Below, in pieces: positions 53,344 to 61,141 of a stretch of 64,000 nt of DNA (position 1 is its first letter; every line of letters begins with the position of its first letter). The translations under genes were made by a program, and so were the position numbers. Location: the NCBI GenBank assembly GCA_052144335.1, contig JBKQQP010000071.1, positions 20,310 to 84,309 of the forward strand, written 5' to 3'. Below the pieces are notes generated by a model, which made no database searches, was not told the origin of the DNA, and saw only the letters and a list, made by a program, of their open reading frames with translations. Origin of the DNA: Syntrophales bacterium (lineage in GTDB: Bacteria > Desulfobacterota > Syntrophia > Syntrophales > UBA2185).

Positions 53344-53385
53344 CCTTCACGGATCGGGCGGAACGATCCGCCCGATCCGTGAAGG
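53344..53385. repeat. perfect 19-bp inverted repeat with 4-nt loop
   Basis: CCTTCACGGATCGGCGGA-type arm read as CCTTCACGGATCGGGCGGA (53344-53362), loop ACGA, then TCCGCCCGATCCGTGAAGG (53367-53385). It begins 7 nt after the stop at 53337. No T-run on either strand. Confidence 0.85.
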
Positions 53386-53464
53386 ATGAAAAAATGAAAA
53401 TTCGTGCTACCGGGGAAAAAGGGAGAAATCTGAAGACCCGCATAAAACGGGGTTTTCTTCTTTG

Positions 53465-53511
53465 CCCGGGTCCGGAGGATCCGCCGGCGCCGCAGCTGCC
53501 GGCATTTAAAT
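53465..53511. repeat. 47-bp run of abutting or overlapping short palindromes
   Basis: CCCGGG (53465) | TCCGGA (53471) | GGATCC (53477) | GCCGGC (53483), overlapping GGCGCC (53486), then CAGCTG (53493), GCCGGC (53498) and ATTTAAAT (53504-53511). Confidence 0.9.
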
Positions 53512-53607
53512 TCGTAACACGATTTGAGGAGACTTAATAATGTTAATTGCTTTTAAACCAGTCATGATATATTGTTGTCAATACTTCACCGTAAGGAGCA
53601 CGTAGAT

Positions 53608-53781
53608 ATGGCAGAAAAGAAAACACAGGTCAACAGGACCATTCTATCACATAGAATTGCCGAGGATCTTCAAAGGAGATTCAAGGCGAAATGCGCCCTT
53701 GATGGAATCAGTCAAACGCATGCGATCGAGCGCCTCATAACTGATTTTGTAGATGGGAAGATCAAAATAAAGAAACAATAG
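53608..53781 (+). CDS. ribbon-helix-helix (CopG/ParG/Arc-like) DNA-binding protein
   Basis: MAEKKTQVNRTILSHRIAEDLQRRFKAKCALDGISQTHAIERLITDFV. AAGGAG precedes ATG 53608. Confidence 0.6.
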   Translation: MAEKKTQVNRTILSHRIAEDLQRRFKAKCALDGISQTHAIERLITDFVDGKIKIKKQ

Positions 53782-53853
53782 ACGCAGGAAGGATGTTGCA
53801 TTCTTGCCCTCTTTTAAGAAATGACGTTTTGATTTTAGTAAGGGAGTATCCTT

Positions 53854-55248
53854 ATGAAAAAGACGATTTTCTTAATGTCCGTTTTATCCCTCTTGTTGAT
53901 TGGATGCGCACCACGTCAGATTTATCCCACGATAAGTAATTATGTTGGTTCTAGGGATTTTTCCAAATACAGAAATATTGCTGTATTACCCTTTGCGGAT
54001 GCCCCTGGGGCGCCTCATTCAGGACAAATTGTTCAAGGACTGGCGAGTCAAAAATTTGCGCAACGCGGGTTCGTTGTCGTGGAGCGAGCACGCCTAAACA
54101 GTGTTTTGGGTGAGCAACAATTATCTTTAAGCGGACTAATTGATACGACCCAGGCGATTCGAATAGGAAAATTACTCGGCGTGAATGCAATTGTTCTTGG
54201 CGAAGTAGGCCAGTATACTACCCAAGAAAGGCATACAGACACAATCTATTTCCCGATCTTTATCTCCGGACAAAATACAAACATTCCCATCCCAGGGAAA
54301 CAATGGACCGAATCTTTTGTTTCCGTGTCCTTGAGAGCGATCGATGTAGAGACTTCCAGGTTGATTTATTCGGGGTCTGGACAATATGAGCGCGGCTTGT
54401 CGAATCCCCCACAACAATTAGCTGAATTTATATTGTCGGACATAATAGCGGGCTGGATAAGAGATCCAGCCCAGCCAGCACCTACGAATACGGCGCGAGA
54501 TAATTTAAGTAGAAAAGAAACGAGGGAATATAGTCCGGAAGCTATCGCCTGGACAGAAAAAAGCACGAAGTTTTCAGAATCAAAGAACTGGTCTGAAATG
54601 ATCCGGACGGCATCAGTCGCTATTTCCATCGATCCATCATATCCAGCAGCCTACGTCAATCGGTCATGGGCTTATCTTGAAAAGGGTTTCCCGGAAAAGG
54701 CTTTTGAGGATTGCCGCAAGGCCCTCTCGCTGGACAGCAATAATCGGGGGGCTTTTAATAATCGAGGGCTGTATTATTTGCACCGCGGCGAGAAAGATAA
54801 GGCTGCCGTTGACTTCCTGAAAGCCTGCAATGGAGGCCTGGAAATAGGTTGTAAAAATTTTAAACTGATCACAGGATACGAACCTAAAGAAAAAACTGAT
54901 TTCTGCCTAAAGAAGGCAGTGGCTTGTTTCAACAAAAAGGACTGGGATGGTGTCATTAAGTACACCTCAGATATCATCAGTGACGATGCGAGCAACGAAG
55001 TCGCGCTATCCATCCGCGCCGGTGCCTATGCCTACAAGGGTACGCTTAATGAAGCCATACGGGATTGTGATGCGGCCATAAAGAAAAGTCCCGATTTCGC
55101 CCTGGCATACAACAACAAAGGTTTTGCCCTGGAATTGATGGGGAATAAGCAAGAGGCACTTTTGAACTATGAATTCGCATGTAATTTAAAGTTGCCCCTT
55201 GGCTGCAATAATTTGAAAAAAATGGCAGACGCAATGAAAAAGCCATAG
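53854..55248 (+). CDS. lipoprotein with CsgG/LpoB-like N-terminal domain plus TPR repeats carrying two Cys-pair motifs
   Basis: Lipobox LLIGC. YRNIAVLPFADAPGAPHSGQIVQGLASQKFAQRGFVVVERARLNSVLGEQQLSLSGLID...LGVNAIVLGEV. TPR-like AYVNRSWAYLEKG, AFNNRGLYYLHRG, AYNNKGFALELMG. ACNGGLEIGCKNF and ACNLKLPLGCNNL. Confidence 0.6.
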   Translation: MKKTIFLMSVLSLLLIGCAPRQIYPTISNYVGSRDFSKYRNIAVLPFADAPGAPHSGQIVQGLASQKFAQRGFVVVERARLNSVLGEQQLSLSGLIDTTQAIRIGKLLGVNAIVLGEVGQYTTQERHTDTIYFPIFISGQNTNIPIPGKQWTESFVSVSLRAIDVETSRLIYSGSGQYERGLSNPPQQLAEFILSDIIAGWIRDPAQPAPTNTARDNLSRKETREYSPEAIAWTEKSTKFSESKNWSEMIRTASVAISIDPSYPAAYVNRSWAYLEKGFPEKAFEDCRKALSLDSNNRGAFNNRGLYYLHRGEKDKAAVDFLKACNGGLEIGCKNFKLITGYEPKEKTDFCLKKAVACFNKKDWDGVIKYTSDIISDDASNEVALSIRAGAYAYKGTLNEAIRDCDAAIKKSPDFALAYNNKGFALELMGNKQEALLNYEFACNLKLPLGCNNLKKMADAMKKP

Positions 55249-55322
55249 CTCGAGGCCCTGGGGCAGATCACCTGAAAAACGGAGATGAAAACGGGAAAGG
55301 AAAAGGTAAAGGTAATTGCAAA

Positions 55323-56282
55323 GTGGCAAAAGAATTATCTAGGATCTGTAAAAAAATAGCCTTAACCTACTTTGAAAAATCAAACCCCGATAACAAAAAG
55401 CTGTATGAACTTCTCTCTGAAATTGGCCGAAAAGGAGCAAACATTATTGCGATCGCTCGCACTTTTCCTGTACCCTTAACAATTAATAATCCTACCAAAG
55501 AGAACCCCCACTTATTAAAGCATATGCATTGCTTTGTCGATTACGAAGAACTTATATTGAGTAAAGAATGGTCCACCGTAGTAACGGAATATCACAAAAG
55601 GGGAGAAGCATTTACAAAAAAAGAACGGGGCTTGAAAAATGCAGCAGATAGGCTTTCTCACCACTTAAAGCCATTAAATAATGATTTGTATTATTCGGAT
55701 ATGAATGGTTCCATGTATGCTCATGATCTAAACCGCAAAATCATGATTGCTCAGGAAGAGATAAAAGATTTGATTGAATGTTATCTCAAATTCTTTGCAA
55801 GCGAACTTTCTATTTATGACAATTACGGATACAACAAAAAAAGACATTTAAAAACTGACCTAAAAAAGATAACGGAAAAATCTTCGATGTGGAATAATAA
55901 AATTGTGGCACTTGTCAATGAATTATTAAGCATCGGATACACAAAAAGAAGGGCATATATTAAGACGTATAAATTTTTGCATTATATCTACCCCCATATA
56001 TTTCAAGATTCAGATGAAATTGGTGGAGCTACCCGTATCGGTCAACGCTATAACTATCACACTCGTTATTATGCTGCCTCCGGCATCAAACCCTCTCGGA
56101 TGGCACCGGATCCCAAAGATGCATTGATCGCTTCCGTTATACTGGGACGGGACCAGGGCACCGGGAATATCGTCTATGCTGACGTATTGGAAAAAATCAA
56201 GACGCTCAAAAAGCAGATTGCGCAAGCGAGACAAAAGAGAAAGGCGCTCAGGGCAAAAGTAAAAGTAAAAAGTAATCGGTAA
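55323..56282 (+). CDS. hypothetical 319-aa protein, AT-rich gene, basic C-terminus
   Basis: Long uninterrupted ORF (GTG start). No domain I can recognise. Ends QARQKRKALRAKVKVKSNR. Confidence 0.5.
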   Translation: MAKELSRICKKIALTYFEKSNPDNKKLYELLSEIGRKGANIIAIARTFPVPLTINNPTKENPHLLKHMHCFVDYEELILSKEWSTVVTEYHKRGEAFTKKERGLKNAADRLSHHLKPLNNDLYYSDMNGSMYAHDLNRKIMIAQEEIKDLIECYLKFFASELSIYDNYGYNKKRHLKTDLKKITEKSSMWNNKIVALVNELLSIGYTKRRAYIKTYKFLHYIYPHIFQDSDEIGGATRIGQRYNYHTRYYAASGIKPSRMAPDPKDALIASVILGRDQGTGNIVYADVLEKIKTLKKQIAQARQKRKALRAKVKVKSNR

Positions 56283-56616
56283 TGGATAGTGATTCACTTT
56301 GGGTCGTGTCCTAATTTGGAAAACTAAGGATTTTAGAAACTGAAATTCAGATTTGTCCCGATTGTTTTTCTATCGTACTTACTTCAAGTTTATAGATAAT
56401 AATGACGATAACTATACTGGGAATGCTCAAAGAATGTAAAACCGCTTGACAAATACTTTTTTGAGTGGTACGAAACCAATAAATTAACCCACTACCCGAC
56501 ATTCAGGTCTTCTTTCCGTTATCAGTGAAGAGAGAGAAATGGAAAGATTAAACGACAGGTTCATCGGCTCAAATATGCTGGTGGACCTTTTTTTGTAAAA
56601 TAAAGGAGGTGACGCT

Positions 56617-57054
56617 ATGTGCGTTTCCGCCGATGATGTAGCTGCGTATATTTTAAAAAAATGTGGTGGGATGACAACCATGAAGTTGCAGAAACTTGTT
56701 TATTATTGTCAAGCGTGGTCTCTGGTTTGGGATGAAAAACCCTTGTTCAAGGAAAAAATTGAAGCATGGGCAAGTGGTCCAGTTGTTAGAAAGCTTTATC
56801 ACAAACATAAAGGTATGTTTACGGTTAAAAAGTGGTCTGATGGTGACATTAGTAAGTTCACAAAAGATCAAAGGCAGACAATGGATGCAGTTATTAAATT
56901 TTACTGTGATAAAACGTCTCAATGGCTTTCGGATTTAACTCACAATGAGGAACCTTGGAAAAAGGCAAGAAAAGGCCTTTCACCTTCTGATAGAGGTAAT
57001 AATGTGATAACCCTCTCAAGTATGATGGAGTACTATAGCAGTCTTGAAGAATAA
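56617..57054 (+). CDS. Panacea-domain (DUF4065, SocA-like) antitoxin candidate
   Basis: AAYILKKCGGMTTMKLQKLVYYCQAWSLVWDEKPLFKEKIEAWASGPVVRKLYHKHKG matches the DUF4065 core pattern. AAAGGAGG precedes the ATG. Confidence 0.8.
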   Translation: MCVSADDVAAYILKKCGGMTTMKLQKLVYYCQAWSLVWDEKPLFKEKIEAWASGPVVRKLYHKHKGMFTVKKWSDGDISKFTKDQRQTMDAVIKFYCDKTSQWLSDLTHNEEPWKKARKGLSPSDRGNNVITLSSMMEYYSSLEE

Positions 57055-57499
57055 TAAGAAACCACGATCTTCTTATTTACCTGATGGACAAAAGATTCCT
57101 CGTGTAGATTCTGGTAAATCGCCAGAATCTACGGTCAATCTTAAGCCAGCCTGGCGACTTGCGAAACTTGATATGAATGGTAAATGGGGATTTGATAAGT
57201 GCGATGAGGTAGCTTTCGTACACGAAAAATTGAAGAATTTTGAGTCAATGATGTGGGGCGAAATTGAGAGAAAGAAGGGTAAAAGAGGTGCAAAACAAAA
57301 TAAAAATGTGCCTATATGTAATATATGTAAGGATGCACGTGATCGACTTGCGGAGCTAAAATTAGAACACGATACTGTCTATACTCTCCATCTTTCAGGC
57401 TTAAAAAGATTGTGGGGAATAAAAGATAATGAAATCTTAAGTTTTCTTTGGTGGGACCCCAATCATACTGTTTGTCCAGTAGATCAAATTCACACCTAG
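57044..57499 (+). CDS. unclassified partner of the Panacea protein (toxin candidate); start uncertain
   Basis: Overlaps the upstream gene by 11 nt if TTG 57044 is used. The first ATG is 57173. The C-terminus TVYTLHLSGLKRLWGIKDNEILSFLWWDPNHTVCP is reminiscent of RelE/HigB-type strands (inference). Confidence 0.5.
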   Translation: MKNNKKPRSSYLPDGQKIPRVDSGKSPESTVNLKPAWRLAKLDMNGKWGFDKCDEVAFVHEKLKNFESMMWGEIERKKGKRGAKQNKNVPICNICKDARDRLAELKLEHDTVYTLHLSGLKRLWGIKDNEILSFLWWDPNHTVCPVDQIHT

Positions 57500-57527
57500 G
57501 TCATTTTGAAATTACTGCCCCAATATC

Positions 57528-57749
57528 TCATCCAAAATCCCAAACATGATTCGTAATCCCCGCCGCCATCGCGGGGGTTATCCTAAACGTGCCGTGAATC
57601 CTCACAAAGTCATAATGTGCAGAGTGTAAAGCAACCGCCGCTTTCAGGTTTTCGATCTTCTTACTAAAGGCATTGGTCAACCGCGTGAAGCGCCTGTTTC
57701 GCATCCTCACTGTGAGATTTTGGGTAATGTCCGAAGTGGTAATACCTAT
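57528..57749 (-). pseudogene. C-terminal stump of a DDE transposase (IS1-like tail)
   Basis: ...RRFTRLTNAFSKKIENLKAAVALHSAHYDFVRIHGTFRITPAMAAGITNHVWDF. Only about 70 codons are open, with a stop at 57750-57752. No catalytic region is present. Confidence 0.55.
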
Positions 57750-57918
57750 TTATAATCCTGCCTGAAAAAATAAATCACACTTTTTCTAGAAAAACCCCCA
57801 TTTCTCCATATCGACATCTTTTTCTATCTATGCGTATGATCTTTACGGCAAGGATCCACAAGCGGATAGTTATTCGGCTCCGCTACCGCCCAACTATAAG
57901 CAGGGATGGTGAAAATAA

Positions 57919-59832
57919 ATGGCTTGGGAACCCGTAACAAATCCTGAAGGCAAGAAGGGCTTCTATGATGCATCAAGTGGAACCTTCATTGACGTTGGTC
58001 AAATGCAGAAGGTCACCAATCCGGAAGGCAAGAGGGGATACTGGCATCCCAGTACAGACTTTATCGTAGCCCCCGAAGGGGATACGAAGCAACCTGCTCC
58101 CATCGATATGCATAAAGGGGAAGACGGAACCTGGTCCCCATATATTGAAGGATTGAAGCATGGATTGAAGATGTCCGGCCTGGGCGGACTTCAAGCAGTC
58201 CTTAAAGGCGGCGAGTGGATCAGGAACCAGGTCGGCATGGAGAGCAACCAGCCGAATGTGAATAAGGTGCAACAATGGATCGATGAAGAAAGGCAGAAAT
58301 ATGCGGCCACGCCGAAAGAGGGCGGCATCCCCTTTATGCTTGGAGGGAAAGAGAGATTTCGGGTCGGAGCCGGGGCGGGAGAATTGACCGGCGGCACTCT
58401 TCCATATATGGCGATGCCCGGAGGAGCGGAGGAAGCATTCATTCATCGATTGATAGCCTCTATGGTGCAGGGCGGGACGATCGGGGCGTTACAGCCCACA
58501 TCAGAAGGGGAAAGTCGGTTAGCCAATACGGGAATAGGCGCTGTCACCGGTGGCGCGGGGCAGTCAGTAGTCTCTGGCGGTGGTAAGGTAATCAACGCTC
58601 TTAGAGGAAAGGAACTTCCTGCCAGCGAGATATCTGATCTTTCCAATAAATACGGCATCAGGACTACCCTGGGTGAAGTTACGAAGAATCCTAATATTGA
58701 GCGAGCCGAAACATGGCTGGAAGTCCTACCGATCGTCGGGCTGAAGGGCTTCAGGGATAAGCAGCAGAAAGAAGCCTCGACGGCGGCAAAAGAATATCTC
58801 GGCAAGTTTATGGCAGATCCGTCCCTTACCTTCGGATCCCCGGAGGCAATGACCGCCAACCGGCAGTATGCGAGTGGTCTGTTTGAAGATCTAAAGAAGA
58901 TACTTCCACCGAAATGGGCGGATAATCTTGTGCCTCTCAGTCCCAAGAATTCCCAGACCGCGATTAATGACGCGGTCAAGAGATATCCAAAACTTTTCAC
59001 CGAATTTGAAGACACCGAAAGACAAGCGATCCTGACCAAAATCCAAAATGGAGAAAACTTGAACTTTGATGAACTCTGGCAAGTCCGGGCCAGCGTCGGT
59101 GATATGGTCGGCATGGCAAAAAAGAAGTTTGAACGGGGAGAGCTAGATCAGACAAAGCTGGCCAATGTGAAGAGACTTTATTCATCGATTAACTCTGACA
59201 TCGAAAACTGGACGACGCAGATCGGTCGTCCTGATATCAAAAACGGGATCAGGGCGGCTAACGATGCTTATAAAACGTATGTCGTCAAATACGACACCTT
59301 GGATCGAGCGATGGCTTTCATGCAGCAAGCCGAAACCAAGGGAGAGCCCTTCAGTCCCCAGAAGTTTGCCAATGCCCTGGCTAAGATCTCCAACAAGAAT
59401 AAATACACGGATCGATTTACCAAGGATGAGATCCAGGAAATGAGTGGCCTCGCGAATATCATGCATGCAGTCAGGAGAGCTGGGCAATATGGTGAGCATC
59501 CGGCGACTGGACATAGATGGGGAGCCCTTTCGATATTCGGCGGCATGGAAAGTGCGGCCTATATCGGGGGCAATTTACTAAAACCCGGCGGCGGTGAAGA
59601 GATGATGTTTGAAACTGCCGGAGCAATGGCAACCGTTGCCGCGCTCACTCGGCTCCTAGTAGGGACCGAAACGGGCAAGGCAATTTCACTTTCAGCATCT
59701 AAAATTAAACCTGATTCGCCAGCCATGCAGAAAATAGTCAATGAGCTTTACAAGATATTGCCCCGAGCGGGAGCGGTTGAGGCCGTGATGCCGCGGGGCG
59801 ATCCGCTGGGGTTAAGGCGGCAAACAGAATAA
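57919..59832 (+). CDS. large hypothetical protein (Gly-rich segments, N-terminal duplicated TNPEGK motif)
   Basis: 637-aa ORF. VTNPEGKKGFYD and VTNPEGKRGYWH lie 26 residues apart. GGxxG-rich stretches. No enzymatic motif recognised. Confidence 0.55.
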   Translation: MAWEPVTNPEGKKGFYDASSGTFIDVGQMQKVTNPEGKRGYWHPSTDFIVAPEGDTKQPAPIDMHKGEDGTWSPYIEGLKHGLKMSGLGGLQAVLKGGEWIRNQVGMESNQPNVNKVQQWIDEERQKYAATPKEGGIPFMLGGKERFRVGAGAGELTGGTLPYMAMPGGAEEAFIHRLIASMVQGGTIGALQPTSEGESRLANTGIGAVTGGAGQSVVSGGGKVINALRGKELPASEISDLSNKYGIRTTLGEVTKNPNIERAETWLEVLPIVGLKGFRDKQQKEASTAAKEYLGKFMADPSLTFGSPEAMTANRQYASGLFEDLKKILPPKWADNLVPLSPKNSQTAINDAVKRYPKLFTEFEDTERQAILTKIQNGENLNFDELWQVRASVGDMVGMAKKKFERGELDQTKLANVKRLYSSINSDIENWTTQIGRPDIKNGIRAANDAYKTYVVKYDTLDRAMAFMQQAETKGEPFSPQKFANALAKISNKNKYTDRFTKDEIQEMSGLANIMHAVRRAGQYGEHPATGHRWGALSIFGGMESAAYIGGNLLKPGGGEEMMFETAGAMATVAALTRLLVGTETGKAISLSASKIKPDSPAMQKIVNELYKILPRAGAVEAVMPRGDPLGLRRQTE

Positions 59833-59888
59833 CGGCGGGTGAATAGCGCAAAAATAGAACCTACCAACTACGTTAAAGGAGATGAGAT

Positions 59889-60134
59889 ATGCAGACGCCA
59901 AAGAGCACTTCTACATTACCTCTTCATGACATCAACCTAAGCGCCTATCTTGATTACCGGGGCATTGAGCCCGCTCTAGTCAAAGAAAATACACGCATAG
60001 TCTTCTGCTTCCCGAATAATGCAGAGACGCATCGGTTAATGGCTGAATATAATCAAAATCCGGCAGTCCCTATTTTAGATTTTATTTCGCATCTCCGGAA
60101 ATTACGATCGCTGATGCTCAGTCAAAGGGGTTAA
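59889..60134 (+). CDS. DUF5659-like small protein
   Basis: LHDINLSAYLDYRGIEPALVKENTRIVFCFPNNAETHRLMAEYNQNPAVPILDFISHLRKLRSLM fits my recollection of the DUF5659 pattern. Confidence 0.45.
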   Translation: MQTPKSTSTLPLHDINLSAYLDYRGIEPALVKENTRIVFCFPNNAETHRLMAEYNQNPAVPILDFISHLRKLRSLMLSQRG

Positions 60135-60145
60135 GTGGCAAGGCA

Positions 60146-60394
60146 ATGGCTATGGAGACTGTGAAAAAAGGGGAAGGAACATTAATGATATTTCATCCAT
60201 CAGGACTCGCGGAGATCCAGACATTCGAAGGATTAATTATTTTAACAGACGGAGAATATGCCAGGGCAAAGCGGCGCGGGGAGAGCGTTTGCCGAAATCG
60301 AGAAGCGAAGCATAAACAGGTGAAAGCTGATCGTGCATCCTTATGGCGGCACGTTTGGAGATTTCCCGGAGTTATTGAGAAGGCCCACGGATAA
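60146..60394 (+). CDS. hypothetical protein
   Basis: ORF in the same orientation, tightly packed between neighbours. No domain recognised. Confidence 0.35.
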   Translation: MAMETVKKGEGTLMIFHPSGLAEIQTFEGLIILTDGEYARAKRRGESVCRNREAKHKQVKADRASLWRHVWRFPGVIEKAHG

Positions 60395-60406
60395 GGATTT
60401 CACTAT

Positions 60407-61141
60407 ATGGCAAATCCACAAAAAGAAAATGGCTTCACCCCCATAGCAAATGAAATTATGGAAGCGCTCTGTAGGACAAGGATCCCGGGGGAAGAGCGCC
60501 AGGTCTTAGATGCCATCTTTCGAAAGACCTATGGATGGAATAAGTGTGAGGACCATATTTCACTTGGACAGATTGCGGAACTTACCGGAATGAAACGCCC
60601 GAATGTAGCGCGTGGACTAAAGAGTTTATTATTAAAAAAGATAGTGACTGTTATTAAAACTGATAACACCGGAATTAATATTTTAAAATTCAACAAGAAC
60701 TATGATGATTGGGTGTTATCAAAACTGATAACAGGCAAAGCTGTTATCAAAAGTGATAACAGAAGTGTTATCGAAACTGATGACAAAGCTGTTATCAAAA
60801 GTGATACCCACAAAAGAAAGAAAGAAAGGAAAGCAATACCCCCCTGCCCTCATCAGCAAATAATCGAGTCTTACAACTCCATTTTGGGAAGCCGTTTACC
60901 AGGGGTTAAAATCAGGTTATGGCCCGGCACTACCAGGGAGAAGTATTTATTGGCAAGGTGGGGAGAAGACGAGGCCCGGCGTAATAATGGTTTTTGGCCT
61001 GGGCTGTTTAAGTACGTCCGGGATAAATGCCCCTTCCTGATGGGCGAGAATGACAGGCAATGGAAAGCCGATCTTGAATGGATACTCAAAAAAAATAACT
61101 TCGTCAAAATCTTAGAGGGTAAATATGAAAAACGAGCCTGA
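60407..61141 (+). CDS. phage lambda O-like replication initiator (N-terminal wHTH)
   Basis: ERQVLDAIFRKTYGWNKCEDHISLGQIAELTGMKRPNVARGLKSLLLKKIV parallels lambda O ...LLAILRKTYGWNKPMDRITDSQLSEIT.... Confidence 0.85.
   Translation: MANPQKENGFTPIANEIMEALCRTRIPGEERQVLDAIFRKTYGWNKCEDHISLGQIAELTGMKRPNVARGLKSLLLKKIVTVIKTDNTGINILKFNKNYDDWVLSKLITGKAVIKSDNRSVIETDDKAVIKSDTHKRKKERKAIPPCPHQQIIESYNSILGSRLPGVKIRLWPGTTREKYLLARWGEDEARRNNGFWPGLFKYVRDKCPFLMGENDRQWKADLEWILKKNNFVKILEGKYEKRA
60650..60808. repeat. five 18-bp iterons (each a near-palindrome GTTATC-N6-GATAAC) inside the initiator gene; putative ori
   Basis: GTTATTAAAACTGATAAC (60650), GTTATCAAAACTGATAAC (60715), GTTATCAAAAGTGATAAC (60743), GTTATCGAAACTGATGAC (60767), GTTATCAAAAGTGATACC (60791). 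Followed by the purine-rich tract CACAAAAGAAAGAAAGAAAGGAAAG. Confidence 0.75.

Noticed and set aside
53390-53509. Reading frame that translates the palindrome run as PGSGGSAGAAAAG, a synthetic-looking Gly-Ser linker
   Set aside because: That frame has a stop at 53387-53389 and no start codon before the run, so it is not a plausible ORF. The resemblance to an engineered linker is noted only as a reason to check for vector contamination.
53292-53537. 81-aa ORF spanning the 19-bp hairpin and the palindrome run
   Set aside because: It overlaps the end of the preceding gene and reads through a perfect hairpin. Its composition is Arg/Pro/Gly-rich. A shorter 47-codon version from ATG 53395 cannot be excluded, but I have no support for it.
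56446-56606. Possible small transcript or 19-codon leader ORF (ATG 56539, MERLNDRFIGSNMLVDLFL) with a hairpin and T-run just before the Panacea gene
   Set aside because: The -35-like TTGACA (56446) lacks a convincing -10. The stem AGGTTCA/TGGACCT has a central mismatch and a 20-nt loop. The peptide has no recognisable features. Too weak to call.
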